Assembly (NCBI RefSeq): GCF_964355755.1
Contig: NC_092676.1
Span: 12,634,771 to 12,698,770, forward strand
Length of the DNA stretch: 64,000 nucleotides
Source of the DNA: Antedon mediterranea
Lineage: Eukaryota > Animalia > Echinodermata
Reading direction: 5' to 3'
In this document: one piece after another, positions 23,170-38,500 of the stretch
Position numbering within the stretch: position 1 is the stretch's first letter
Layout: each line of letters opens with the position of its first letter
The notes under the pieces: generated by a model
Told to the model about the DNA's origin: nothing
Database searches by the model: none
Seen by the model: only the letters and a program-made list of their open reading frames with translations
Position numbers and translations under genes: made by a program

Positions 23170-26100
23170 AGACGTTTTAGACCATTTTGTGCATTTTGGT
23201 AAAACTTTTCACACAAAAACATCAAATTGCACAAAATAGCTTAATATCGTGTTTGAAAACGTTTTAAACCATTTTGAGCATGTCGATAAAACTTTTCATT
23301 CAAAAATATCAAAGTGCACAGAATATCTTCAAATCGCATTTAGAGACGTTTTAGACCATTTTGTGCATTTTGAAAAAATTTGTTAACATAAAAAGACCAA
23401 AGTGTTTAGAATATCTCCAAATCGCATTTGGAGACGTTTTAGACCATTTTGTGTTTTTCGAAAAAACTTTTCACACAAAAACATCAAAGTGTACAAAATT
23501 GCTTCAAATCGCATTTGGAGACGTTTTAGACCATTTTGTGCATTTTGGTAAAACTTTTCACATAAAAACATCAAAATTCACAAAATAGCTTAATATCGTG
23601 TTTGAAAACGTTTTAAACCATTTTGAGCATGTCGATAAAACTTTTCACTCAAAAATATCAAAGTGCACAGAATATCTTCAAATCGCATTTAGAGACGTTT
23701 TAGACCATTTTGTGCATTTCGAAAAAAATTGTTAACATAAAAAGACCAAAGTGTTTAGAATATCTCCAAATCGCATTTGGAGACGTTTTAGACCATTTTG
23801 CGCATTTCGATGAAACTTGGTTACACAAAAACATCAAAGTGCTTAAAATCACATTTAAAACCGTTTTAGAGCGTTTTGAGCATTTCGATAAACTTTTCAA
23901 ACAAAAACATCAAAGTGTACAAAATAGCTTCAAATCGTATTTGGAGACGTTTTAGACCATTTTGTGCGTTTCGATGAATCTTGGTTACACAAAAACATCA
24001 AAGTGCTTAAAATCACATTTAAAACCGTTTTAGTGCATTTTGAGCATTTCGATAAAACTTTTCACACAAAAACATAAAAGTGCACAAAATAGCTTCAAAT
24101 CGCATTTAGAGATGTTTTAGACCATTTTGTGCGTTTCGATAAAACTTTTCACACAAAAACATCAAATTGCACAAAATAGCTTAATATCGTGTTTGAAAAC
24201 GTTTTAGACCATTTTGAGCATGTCGATAAAACTTTTCACACAAAAACATAAAAGTGCACAGAATAGCTTCAAATCGCATTTGGAGACGTTTTAGACCATT
24301 TTGTGCATTTCGAAAAAACTTTTTAACATAAAAACACCAAAGTGCTTAGAATAGCTTCAAATCGCATTTGGAGACGTTTTAGACCATTTTGTGCATTTCG
24401 ATGAAACTTGGTTACACAAAAACATCAAAGTGCTTAAAATCACATTTGAAACCGTTATAGAGCATTTTTAGCATTTCGATAAAACTTTTCACACAAAAAC
24501 ATCGAAGTGTACAAAATAGCTTCAAATCACATTTGAAACCGTTTTAGACCATTTTGAGCATTTCGATAAAACTTTTCACACAAAAACATCAAAGTGTACA
24601 GAATAGCTTCAAATCGCATTTGGAGACGTTTTAGACCATTTTGTGCATTTCGATGAAACTTGGTTACACAAAAACATCAAAGTGCTTAAAATCACATTTG
24701 AAACCGTTTTAGAGCATTTTTAACATTTCGATAATACTTTTCACACAAAAACATCAAAGTGTACAAAATAGCTTCAAATCACATTTGAAACCGTTTTAGA
24801 CCATATTGAGCATTTCGATAAAACTTTTCACACAAAAACATCAAAGTGTACAAAATAGCTTCAAATCGCATTTGGAGACGTTTTAGACCATTTTGTGCAT
24901 TTCGATGAAACTTGGTTACACAAAAACATCAAAGTGCTTAAAATCACATTTGAAAGCGTTTTAGAGCATTTTTAGCATTTCGATAATACTTTTCACACAA
25001 AAACATCAAAGTGCACAAAATAGCTTCAAATCGCATTTAGAGATGTTTTAGACCATTTTGTGCATTTCGATAAAACTTTTCACACAAAAACATCAAATTG
25101 CACAAAATAGCTTAATACCGTGTTTGAAATCATTTTAAACCATTTTGAGCATGTCGATAAAACTTTTCACACAAAAACATCAAAGTGTTTAGAATATATC
25201 CAAATCGCATTTGGAGACGTTTTAGACCATTTTGTGCATTTCGATGAAACTTGGTTACACAAAAACATCAAAGTGCTTAAAATCACATTTGAAACCGTTT
25301 TAGAGCATTTTGAGCATTTCGATAAAACTTTTCAAACAAAAACATCAAAGTGTACAAAATAGCTTCAAATCACATTTGAAACCGTTTTAGACCATTTTGA
25401 GCATTTCGATAAAACTTTTCACACAAAAACATCAAAGTGTACAAAATAGCTTCAAATCGCATTTGGAGACGTTTTAGACCATTTTGTGCATTTCGATGAA
25501 ACTTGGTTACACAAAAACATCAAAGTGCTTAAAATCACATTTGAAACCGTTTTAGAGCATTTTTAGCATTTCGATAATACTTTTCACACAAAACATCAAA
25601 GTGTACAAAATAGCTTCAAATCGCATTTGGAGACGTTTTAGACCATTTTGTGCATTTCGATGAAACTTGGTTACACAAAAACATCAAAGTGCTTAAAATC
25701 ACATTTGAAACCGTTTTAGACCATTTTGAGCATTTCGATAAAACTTTTCACACAAAAAAATCAAAGTGCACAAAATAGCTTCAAATCGCATTTGGGGACG
25801 TTTTAGACTATTTTGTGCATTTCGAAAAAAATTGTTAACATAAAAAGACCAAAGTGTTTAGAATATCTCCAAATCGCATTTGGAGACGTTTTAAACCATT
25901 TTGTGCATTTCGATGGAACTTGGTTACACAAAAACATCAAAGTGCTTAAAATCACATTTAAAACCGTTTTAGAGCATTTTTAGCATTTCGATAAAACTTT
26001 TCACACAAAAACATCAAAGTGTACAAAATAGCTTCAAATCGCATTTAGAGAGGTTTTAGACAATTTTGTGCATTTCGATAAAACTTTTCACACAAAAACA

Positions 26101-27160
26101 TCAAAGTGTACAAAATAGCTTCAAATTGCATTTAGAGACGTTTTAGACCATTTTGTGCATTTCGATAAAACTTTTCACACAAAAACATCAAATTGCACAA
26201 AATCGTTTTAAACCATTTTAAATCGTTTTAAACCATTTTGAGCATGTCGATAAAACTTTTCACAAAAAACATCAAAGTGCACAGAATAGCTTCAAATTGC
26301 ATTTGGAGACGTTTTAGAGCATTTTGTGCATTTCGATAAAATGTGTTAAAATAAAAAGACCAAAGTGTTTAGAATATCTTCAAATCACATTTGGAGACGT
26401 TTTAGACCATTTTTTGCATTTCGATGAAACTTGGTTACACAAAAACATCAAAGTGCTTAAAATCACATTTGAAACCGTTTTAGAGCATTTTGAGCATTTC
26501 GATAAAACTTTTCACACAAAAACATCAAAGTGTACAAAATAGCTTCAAATCGCATTTAGAGACGTTTTAGACCATTTTTTGCATTTCGATGAAACTTGGT
26601 TACACAAAAACATCAAAGTGCTTAAAATCACATTTAAAACCGTTTTAGAGCATTTTTAGCATTTCGATAAAACTTTTCACACAAAAACATCAAAGTGTAC
26701 AAAATAGCTTCAAATCGCATTTAGAGAGGTTTTAGACAATTTTGTGCATTTCGATAAAACTTTTCACACAAAAACATCAAAGTGTACAAAATAGCTTCAA
26801 ATTGCATTTAGAGACGTTTTAGACCATTTTGTGCATTTCGATAAAACTTTTCACACAAAAACATCAAATTGCACAAAATCGTTTTAAACCATTTTAAATC
26901 GTTTTAAACCATTTTGAGCATTTCGATAAAACTTTTCACAAAAAACATCAAAGTGCACAGAATAGCTTCAAATTGCATTTGGAGACGTTTTAGAGCATTT
27001 TGTGCATTTCGATAAAATGTGTTAACATAAAAAGACCAAAGTGTTTAGAATATCTTCAAATCACATTTGGAGACGTTTTAGACCATTTTTTGCATTTCGA
27101 TGAAACTTGGTTACACAAAAACATCAAAGTGCTTAAAATCACATTTGAAACCGTTTTAGA
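23170..27160 (+). repeat. Dispersed copy of the ~8360-12520 block (offset 14815, then 14641 after a 174-bp dimer copy-number difference)
   Basis: ORF pairs 8546/23361 and 8895/23710 differ by 14815. Pairs 10479/25120, 11683/26324 and 12359/27000 differ by 14641. Shared variants include TTGGGGACG, CCGTTATAGAG and TTTGCGCATT. Confidence 0.85.
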
Positions 27161-30100
27161 GCATTTTGAGCATTTCGATAAAACTTTTCACACAAAAACA
27201 TCAAAGTGTACAAAATAGCTTCAAATCGCATTTAGAGACGTTTTAGACCATTTTGTGCATTTCGAAAAAATTTGTTAACATAAAAAGACCAAAGTGTTTA
27301 GAATATCTCCAAATCGCATTTGGAGACGTTTTAGACCATTTTGTGCATTTCGATGAAACTTGGTTACACAAAAACATCAAAGTGCTTAAAATCACATTTG
27401 AAACCGTTTTAGAGCATTTTTAGCATTTCGATAATACTTTTCACACAAAAACATCAAAGTGTACAAAATAGCTTCAAATCGCATTTGGAGACGTTTTAGA
27501 CCATTTTGTGCATTTCGAAGAAACTTGGTTACACAAAAACATCAAAGTGCTTAAAATCACATTTGAAACCGTTTTAGACCATTTTGAGCATTTCGATAAA
27601 ACTTTTCACACAAAAAAATCAAAGTGCACAAAATAGCTTCAAATCGCATTTGGAGACGTTTTAGACTATTTTGTGCATTTTGAAAAAATTTGTTAACATA
27701 AAAAGACCAAAGTGTTTAGAATATCTCCAAATCGCATTTGGAGACGTTTTAAACCATTTTGTGCATTTCGATGGAACTTGGTTACACAAAAACATCAAAG
27801 TGCTTAAAATCACATTTAAAACCGTTTTAGAGCATTTTGAGCATTTCGATAAAACTTTTCACACAAAAACATCAAAGTGTACAAAATAGCTTCAAATCGC
27901 ATTTAGAGACGTTTTAGACCATTTTGTGCATTTCGATAAAACTTTTCACACAAAAACATCAAATTGCACAAATAGCTTAATACCGTGTTTGAAATCGTTT
28001 TAAACCATTTTGAGCATGTCGATAAAACTTTTCACAAAAAAACATCAAAGTGCACAGAATAGCTTCAAATCGCATTTGGAGACGTTTTAAACCATTTTGT
28101 GCATTTCGATAAAACTTTTCACATAAAAACAACAAAGTGTACAAAATAGCTTCAAATCGCATTTGGAGACGTTTTAGACCATTTTGTGCATTTCGATGAA
28201 ACTCATCAAAGTGCTTAAAATCACATTTGAAACCGTTTTAGAGCATTTTGAGCATTTCGATAAAACTTTTCACACAAAAACATCAAAGTGTACAAAATAG
28301 CTTCAAATCACATTTGAAACCGTTTTAGACCATATTGAGAATTTCGATAAAACTTTTCACACAAAAACATCAAAGTGTACAAAATAGCTTCAAATCGCAT
28401 TTGGAGACGTTTTAGACCATTTTGTGTATTTCGATGAAACTTGGTTACACAAAAACATCAAAGTGCTTAAAATCACATTTGAAAGCGTTTTAGAGCATTT
28501 TTAGCATTTCGATAATACTTTTCACACAAAAACATCAAAGTGTACAAAATAGCTTCAAATCGCATTTGGAGACGTTTTAGACCATTTTGTGCATTTCGAT
28601 GAAACTTGGTTACACAAAAACATCAAAGTGCTTAAAATCACATTTAAAACAGTTTTAGAGCATTTTGAGCATTTCGATAAAACTTTTCACACAAAAACAT
28701 CAAAGTGTACAAAATAGCTTCAAATCGCATTTAAAGAGGTTTTAGACCATTTTGTGCATTTCGATAAAACTTTTCACACAAAAACATCAAAGTGTACAAA
28801 ATAGCTTCAAATCGCATTTAGAGACGTTTTAGACCATCTTGTGCATTTCGATAAAACTTTTCACACAAAAACATCAAATTGCACAAAATAGCTTAATATC
28901 GTGTTTGAAAACGTTTTAAACCATTTTGAGCATGTCGATAAAACTTTTCACACAAAAATATCAAAGTGCACAGAATATCTTCAAATCGCATTTAGAGACG
29001 TTTTAGACCATTTTGTGCATTTCGAAAAAATTTGTTAACATAAAAAGACCAAAGTGTTTAGAATATCTCCAAATCGCATTTGGAGACGTTTTAGACCATT
29101 TTGTGCATTTCAATGAAACTTGGTTACACAAAAACATCAAAGTGCTTAAAATCACATTTGAAACCGTTTTAGAGCATTTTTAGCATTTCGATAATACTTT
29201 TCACACAAAAACATCAAAGTGTACAAAATAGCTTCAAATCGCATTTAGAGAGGTTTTAGACCATTTTGTGCATTTCGATAAAACTTTTCACACAAAAACA
29301 TCAAAGTGTACAAAATAGCTTCAAATTGCATTTAGAGACGTTTTAGACCATTTTGTGCATTTCGATAAAACTTTTCACACAAAAACATCAAATTGCACAA
29401 AATCGTTTTAAACCATTTTAAATCGTTTTAAACCATTTTGAGCATGTCGATAAAACTTTTCACAAAAAACATCAAAGTGCACAGAATAGCTTCAAATTGC
29501 ATTTGGAGACGTTTTAGAGCATTTTGTGCATTTCGATAAAATGTGTTAAAATAAAAAGACCAAAGTGTTTAGAATATCTTCAAATCACATTTGGAGACGT
29601 TTTAGACCATTTTTTGCATTTCGATGAAACTTGGTTACACAAAAACATCAAAGTGCTTAAAATCACATTTGAAACCGTTTTAGAGCATTTTGAGCATTTC
29701 GATAAAACTTTTCACACAAAAACATCAAAGTGTACAAAATAGCTTCAAATCGCATTTAGAGACGTTTTAGACCATTTTTTGCATTTCGATGAAACTTGGT
29801 TACACAAAAACATCAAAGTGCTTAAAATCACATTTAAAACCGTTTTAGAGCATTTTTAGCATTTCGATAAAACTTTTCACACAAAAACATCAAAGTGTAC
29901 AAAATAGCTTCAAATCGCATTTAGAGAGGTTTTAGACAATTTTGTGCATTTCGATAAAACTTTTCACACAAAAACATCAAAGTGTACAAAATAGCTTCAA
30001 ATTGCATTTAGAGACGTTTTAGACCATTTTGTGCATTTCGATAAAACTTTTCACACAAAAACATCAAATTGCACAAAATCGTTTTAAACCATTTTAAATC

Positions 30101-32527
30101 GTTTTAAACCATTTTGAGCATTTCGATAAAACTTTTCACAAAAAACATCAAAGTGCACAGAATAGCTTCAAATTGCATTTGGAGACGTTTTAGAGCATTT
30201 TGTGCATTTCGATAAAATGTGTTAACATAAAAAGACCAAAGTGTTTAGAATATCTTCAAATCACATTTGGAGACGTTTTAGACCATTTTTTGCATTTCGA
30301 TGAAACTTGGTTACACAAAAACATCAAAGTGCTTAAAATCACATTTGAAACCGTTTTAGAGCATTTTGAGCATTTCGATAAAACTTTTCACACAAAAACA
30401 TCAAAGTGTACAAAATAGCTTCAAATCGCATTTAGAGACGTTTTAGACCATTTTGTGCATTTCGAAAAAAATTTGTTAACATAAAAAGACCAAAGTGTTT
30501 AGAATATCTCCAAATCGCATTTGGAGACGTTTTAGACCATTTTGTGCATTTCGATGAAACTTGGTTACACAAAAACATCAAAGTGCTTAAAATCACATTT
30601 GAAACCGTTTTAGAGCATTTTTAGCATTTCGATAATACTTTTCACACAAAAACATCAAAGTGTACAAAATAGCTTCAAATCGCATTTGGAGACGTTTTAG
30701 ACCATTTTGTGCATTTCGAAGAAACTTGGTTACACAAAAACATCAAAGTGCTTAAAATCACATTTGAAACCGTTTTAGACCATTTTGAGCATTTCGATAA
30801 AACTTTTCACACAAAAAAATCAAAGTGCACAAAATAGCTTCAAATCGCATTTGGAGACGTTTTAGACTATTTTGTGCATTTTGAAAAAATTTGTTAACAT
30901 AAAAAGACCAAAGTGTTTAGAATATCTCCAAATCGCATTTGGAGACGTTTTAAACCATTTTGTGCATTTCGATGGAACTTGGTTACACAAAAACATCAAA
31001 GTGCTTAAAATCACATTTAAAACCGTTTTAGAGCATTTTGAGCATTTCGATAAAACTTTTCACACAAAAACATCAAAGTGTACAAAATAGCTTCAAATCG
31101 CATTTAGAGACGTTTTAGACCATTTTGTGCATTTCGATAAAACTTTTCACACAAAAACATCAAATTGCACAAATAGCTTAATACCGTGTTTGAAATCGTT
31201 TTAAACCATTTTGAGCATGTCGATAAAACTTTTCACAAAAAAACATCAAAGTGCACAGAATAGCTTCAAATCGCATTTGGAGACGTTTTAAACCATTTTG
31301 TGCATTTCGATAAAACTTTTCACATAAAAACAACAAAGTGTACAAAATAGCTTCAAATCGCATTTGGAGACGTTTTAGACCATTTTGTGCATTTCGATGA
31401 AACTCATCAAAGTGCTTAAAATCACATTTGAAACCGTTTTAGAGCATTTTGAGCATTTCGATAAAACTTTTCACACAAAAACATCAAAGTGTACAAAATA
31501 GCTTCAAATCACAGTTGAAACCGTTTTAGACCATATTGAGAATTTCGATAAAACTTTTCACACAAAAACATCAAAGTGTACAAAATAGCTTCAAATCGCA
31601 TTTGGAGACGTTTTAGACCATTTTGTGTATTTCGATGAAACTTGGTTACACAAAAACATCAAAGTGCTTAAAATCACATTTGAAAGCGTTTTAGAGCATT
31701 TTTAGCATTTCGATAATACTTTTCACACAAAAACATCAAAGTGTACAAAATAGCTTCAAATCGCATTTGGAGACGTTTTAGACCATTTTGTGCATTTCGA
31801 TGAAACTTGGTTACACAAAAACATCAAAGTGCTTAAAATCACATTTAAAACAGTTTTAGAGCATTTTGAGCATTTCGATAAAACTTTTCACACAAAAACA
31901 TCAAAGTGTACAAAATAGCTTCAAATCGCATTTAAAGAGGTTTTAGACCATTTTGTGCATTTCGATAAAACTTTTCACACAAAAACATCAAAGTGTACAA
32001 AATAGCTTCAAATCGCATTTAGAGACGTTTTAGACCATCTTGTGCATTTCGATAAAACTTTTCACACAAAAACATCAAATTGCACAAAATAGCTTAATAT
32101 CGTGTTTGAAAACGTTTTAAACCATTTTGAGCATGTCGATAAAACTTTTCACACAAAAATATCAAAGTGCACAGAATATCTTCAAATCGCATTTAGAGAC
32201 GTTTTAGACCATTTTGTGCATTTCGAAAAAATTTGTTAACATAAAAAGACCAAAGTGTTTAGAATATCTCCAAATCGCATTTGGAGACGTTTTAGACCAT
32301 TTTGTGCATTTCAATGAAACTTGGTTACACAAAAACATCAAAGTGCTTAAAATCACATTTGAAACCGTTTTAGAGCATTTTTAGCATTTCGATAATACTT
32401 TTCACACAAAAACATCAAAGTGTACAAAATAGCTTCAAATCGCATTTAGAGAGGTTTTAGACCATTTTGTGCATTTCGATAAAACTTTTCACACAAAAAC
32501 ATCAAAGTGTACAAAATAGCTTCAAAT
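26063..32527 (+). repeat. Tandem duplication, period 3200/3201 bp
   Basis: ORF pairs 26324/29524 and 27000/30200 differ by 3200. Pairs 27671/30872 and 27977/31178 differ by 3201, after one extra A at ~30470. The copies share the 14-bp deletion (28203/31404) and the variants CCATCTTGTG, TTTAAAGAGG and TCGAAGAAAC. Confidence 0.92.
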
Positions 32528-35500
32528 CGCATTTAGAGACGTTTTAGACCATTTTGTGCATTTCGATAAAACTTTTCACACAAAAACATCAAATTGCACA
32601 AAATAGCTTAATACCGTGTTTGAAATCGTTTTAAACCATTTTGAGCATGTCGATAAAACTTTTCACAAAAAAACATCAAAGTGCACAGAATAGCTTCAAA
32701 TCGCATTTGGAGACGTTTTAAACCATTTTGAGCATTTCGATAAAACTTTTCACACAAAAACATCAAAGTGTACAAAATAGCTTCAAATCGCATTTAGAGA
32801 GGTTTTAGACCATTTTGTGCATTTCGATAAAACTTTTCACACAAAAACATCAAATTGCACAAAATAGCTTAATATCGTGTTTGAAAACGTTTTAAACCAT
32901 TTTGAGCATGTCGATAAAACTTTTCACACAAAAATATCAAAGCGCACAGAATATCTTCAAATCGCATTTAGAGACGTTTTAGACCATTTTGTGCATTTCG
33001 AAAAAATTTGTTAACATAAAAAGACCAAAGTGTTTAGAATATCTCCAAATCGCATTTGGAGACGTTTTAGACCATTTTGTGCATTTCGATGAAACTTGAT
33101 TACACAAAAACATCAAAGTGCTTAAAATCACATTTAAAACCGTTTTAGAGCGTTTTGAGCATTTCGATAAACTTTTCACACAAAAACATCAAAGTGCACA
33201 AAATAGCTTCAAATCGCATTTAGAGATGTTTTAGACCATTTTGTGCATTTCGATAAAACTTTTCACACAAAAACATCAAATTGCACAAAATAGCTTAATA
33301 TCGTGTTTGAAATCGTTTTAAACCATTTTGAGCATGTCGATAAAACTTTTCACACAAAAACATCAAAGTGCACAGAATATCTTCAAATCGCATTTAGAGA
33401 CGTTTTAGACCATTTTGTGCATTTCGAAAAAATTTGTTAACATAAAAAGACCAAAGTGTTTAGAATATCTCCAAATCGCATTTGGAGACGTTTTAGACCA
33501 TTTTGTGCATTTCGATGAAACTTGGTTACACAAAAACATCAAAGTGCTTAAAATCACATTTGAAACCGTTTTAGAGCATTTTGAGCATTTCGATAAAACT
33601 TTTCACACAAAAACATCAAAGTGTACAAAATAGCTTCAAATCACATTTGAAACCGTTTTAGACCATTTTGAGCATTTCGATAAAACTTTTCACACAAAAA
33701 CATCAAAGTGTACAAAATAGCTTCAAATCGCATTTGGAGACGTTTTAGACCATTTTGTGCATTTCGATGAAACTTGGTTACACAAAAACATCAAAGTGCT
33801 TAAAATCACATTTGAAACCGTTTTAGACCATTTTGAGCATTTCGATAAAACTTTTCACACAAAAAAATCAAAGTGCACAAAATAGCTTCAAATCGCATTT
33901 GGAGACGTTTTAGACTATTTTGTGCATTTCGAAAAAATTTGTTAACATAAAAAGACCAAAGTGTTTAGAATATCTCCAAATCGCATTTGGAGACGTTTTA
34001 AACCATTTTGTGCATTTCGATGGAACTTGGTTACACAAAAACATCAAAGTGCTTAAAATCACATTTAAAACCGTTTTAGAGCATTTTGAGCATTTCGATA
34101 AAACTTTTCACACAAAAACATCAAAGTGTACAAAATAGCTTCAAATCGCATTTAGAGACGTTTTAGACCATTTTGTGCATTTTGATAAAACTTTTCACAC
34201 AAAAACATCAAATTGCACAAAATAGCTTAATATTGTGTTTGAAAACGTTTTAAACCATTTTGAGCATGTCGATAAAACTTTTCACACAAAAATATCAAAG
34301 TGCCCAGAATATCTTCAAATCGCATTTAGAGACGTTTTAGACCATTTTGTGCATTTCGAAAAAATTTGTTAACATAAAAAGACCAAAGTGTTTAGATTAT
34401 CTCCAAATCGCATTTGGAGACGTTTTAGACCATTTTGTGTTTTTCGAAAAAACTTTTCACACAAAAACATCAAAGTGTACAAAATTGCTTCAAATCGCAT
34501 TTAGAGAGGTTTTAGACCATTTTGTGCATTTCGATAAAACTTTTCACACAAAAACATCAAAGTGCACAGAATATCTTAATACCGTGTCTGAAATCGTTTT
34601 AAACCATTTTGAGCATGTCGATAAAACTTTTCACACAAAAACATCAAAGTGCACAGAATATCTTCAAATCGCATTTAGAGACGTTTTAGACCATTTTGTG
34701 CATTTCGAAAAAATTTGTTAACATAAAAAGACCAAAGTGTTTAGAATATCTCCAAATCGCATTTGGAGACGTTTTAGACCATTTTGTGCATTTCGATGAA
34801 ACTTGGTTACACAAAAACATCAAAGTGCTTAAAATCACATTTGAAACCGTTTTAGAGCATTTTGAGCATTTCGATAAAACTTTTCACACAAAAACATCAA
34901 AGTGTACAAAATAGCTTCAAATCACATTTGAAACCGTTTTAGACCATTTTGAGCATTTCGATAAAACTTTTCACACAAAAACATCAAAGTGTACAGAATA
35001 GCTTCAAATCGCATTTGGAGACGTTTTAGACCATTTTGTGCATTTCGATGAAACTTGGTTACACAAAAACATCAAAGTGCTTAAAATCACATTTGAAACC
35101 GTTTTAGAGCATTTTTAACATTTCGATAATACTTTTCACACAAAAACATCAAAGTGTACAAAATAGCTTCAAATCGCATTTGGAGACGTTTTAGACCATT
35201 TTGTGCATTTCGATGAAACTTGGTTACACAAAAACATCAAAGTGCTTAAAATCACATTTGAAACCGTTTTAGAGCATTTTGAGCATTTCGATAAAACTTT
35301 TCACACAAAAAAATCAAAGTGCACAAAATAGCTTCAAATCGCATTTGGAGAGGTTTTAGACCATTTTGTGCATTTCGATAAAACTTTTCACACAAAAACA
35401 TCAAAGTGTACAAAATAGCTTCAAATCGCATTTAGAGACGTTTTAGACCATTTTGTGCATTTCGATGAAACTTGGTTACACAAAAACATCAAAGTGCTTA

Positions 35501-38500
35501 AAATCACATTTAAAACCGTTTTAGAGCGTTTTGAGCATTTCGATAAACTTTTTACACAAAAACATCAAAGTGCACAAAATAGCTTCAAATCGCATTTAGG
35601 GATGTTTTAGACCATTTTGTGCATTTCGATAAAACTTTTCACACAAAAACATCAAATTGCACAAAATAGCTTAATACCGTGTTTGAAATCATTTTAAACC
35701 ATTTTGAGCATGTCGATAAAACTTTTCACACAAAAACATCAAAGTGCACAGAATATCTTCAAATCGCATTTAGAGACGTTTTAGACCATTTTGTGCATTT
35801 CGAAAAAATTTGTTAACATAAAAAGACCAAAGTGTTTAGAATATCTCCAAATCGCATTTGGAGACGTTTTAGACCATTTTGTGCATTTCGATGAAAATTG
35901 GTTACACAAAAACATCAAAGTGCTTAAAATCACATTTGAAACCGTTTTAGAGCATTTTGAGCATTTCGATAAAACTTTTCACACAAAAACATCAAAGTGT
36001 ACAAAATAGCTTCAAATCACATTTGAAACCGTTTTAGACCATTTTGAGCATTTCGATAAAACTTTTCACACAAAAACATCAAAGTGTACAAAATAGCTTC
36101 AAATCGCATTTGGAGACGTTTTAGACCATTTTGTGCATTTCGATGAAACTTGGTTACACAAAAACATCAAAGTGCTTAAAATCACATTTAAAACCGTTTT
36201 AGAGCATTTTTAGCATTTCGATAAAACTTTTCACACAAAAACATCAAAGTGTACAAAATAGCTTCAAATCGCATTTAGAGAGGTTTTAGACAATTTTGTG
36301 CATTTCGATAAAACTTTTCACACAAAAACATCAAAGTGTACAAAATAGCTTCAAATTGCATTTAGAGACGTTTTAGACCATTTTGTGCATTTCGATAAAA
36401 CTTTTCACACAAAAACATCAAATTGCACAAAATCGTTTTAAACCATTTTAAATCGTTTTAAACCATTTTGAGCATGTCGATAAAACTTTTCACAAAAAAC
36501 ATCAAAGTGCACAGAATAGCTTCAAATTGCATTTGGAGACGTTTTAGAGCATTTTGTGCATTTCGATAAAATGTGTTAACATAAAAAGACCAAAGTGTTT
36601 AGAATATCTTCAAATCACATTTGGAGACGTTTTAGACCATTTTTTGCATTTCGATGAAACTTGGTTACACAAAAACATCAAAGTGCTTAAAATCACATTT
36701 GAAACCGTTTTAGAGCATTTTGAGCATTTCGATAAAACTTTTCACACAAAAACATCAAAGTGTACAAAATAGCTTCAAATCGCATTTAGAGACGTTTTAG
36801 ACCATTTTTTGCATTTCGATGAAACTTGGTTACACAAAAACATCAAAGTGCTTAAAATCACATTTAAAACCGTTTTAGAGCATTTTTAGCATTTCGATAA
36901 AACTTTTCACACAAAAACATCAAAGTGTACAAAATAGCTTCAAATCGCATTTAGAGAGGTTTTAGACAATTTTGTGCATTTCGATAAAACTTCTCACACA
37001 AAAACATCAAAGTGTACAAAATAGCTTCAAATTGCATTTAGAGACGTTTTAGACCATTTTGTGCATTTCGATAAAACTTTTCACACAAAAACATCAAATT
37101 GCACAAAATCGTTTTAAACCATTTTAAATCGTTTTAAACCATTTTGAGCATTTCGATAAAACTTTTCACAAAAAACATCAAAGTGTTTAGAATATCTTCA
37201 AATCACATTTGGAGACGTTTTAGACCATTTTTTGCATTTCGATGAAACTTGGTTACACAAAAACATCAAAGTGCTTAAAATCACATTTGAAACCGTTTTA
37301 GAGCATTTTGAGCATTTCGATAAAACTTTTCACACAAAAACATCAAAGTGTACAAAATAGCTTCAAATCGCATTTAGAGACGTTTTAGACCATTTTGTGC
37401 ATTTCAAAAAAATTTGTTAACATAAAAAGACCAAAGTGTTTAGAATATCTCCAAATCGCATTTGGAGACGTTTTAGACCATTTTGTGCATTTCGATGAAA
37501 CTTGGTTACACAAAAACATCAAAGTGCTTAAAATCACATTTGAAACCGTTTTAGAGCATTTTTAGCATTTCGATAATACTTTTCACACAAAAACATCAAA
37601 GTGTACAAAATAGCTTCAAATCGCATTTGGAGACGTTTTAGACCATTTTGTGCATTTCGATGAAACTTGGTTACACAAAAACATCAAAGTGCTTAAAATC
37701 ACATTTGAAACCGTTTTAGACCATTTTGAGCATTTCGATAAAACTTTTCACACAAAAAAATCAAAGTGCACAAAATAGCTTCAAATCGCATTTGGAGACG
37801 TTTTAGACTATTTTGTGCATTTTGAAAAAATTTGTTAACATAAAAAGACCAAAGTGTTTAGAATATCTCCAAATCGCATTTGGAGACGTTTTAAACCATT
37901 TTGTGCATTTCGATGGAACTTGGTTACACAAAAACATCAAAGTGCTTAAAATCACATTTAAAACCGTTTTAGATCATTTCGAGCATTTCGATAAAACTTT
38001 TCAGACAAAAACATCAAATTGCACAAAATAGCTTAATACCGTGTTTGAAATCGTTTTAAACCATTTTGAGCATGTCGATAAAACTTTACACAAAAAAACA
38101 TCAAAGTGCACAGAATAGCTTCAAATCGCATTTGGAGACGTTTTAAACCATTTTGTGCATTTCAATAAAACTTTTCACATAAAAACAACAAAGTGTACAA
38201 AATAGCTTCAAATCGCATTTAGAGACGTTTTAGACCATTTTGGGCATTTCGTTGAAACTTGGTTACACAAATACATAAAAATGCTTAAAATCACATTTCA
38301 AACCGTTTTAGAGCATTTTGAGCATTTCGATAAAACTTTTCACACAAAAACATCAAAGTGCACAAAATAGCTTCAAATCGCATTTAGAGATGTTTTAGAC
38401 CATTTTGTGCAATTCGATAAAACTTTTCACACAAAAACATCAAATTGCACAAAATAGCTTAATATCGTGTTTGAAAACGTTTTAGACCATTTTGAGCATG

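Noticed and set aside
30461-30475. Single-base homopolymer length differences (e.g. extra A at ~30470, ~39620, ~55260) as meaningful variants
   Set aside because: Singletons in A-runs may be sequencing or consensus errors, so I used them only to reconcile offsets.
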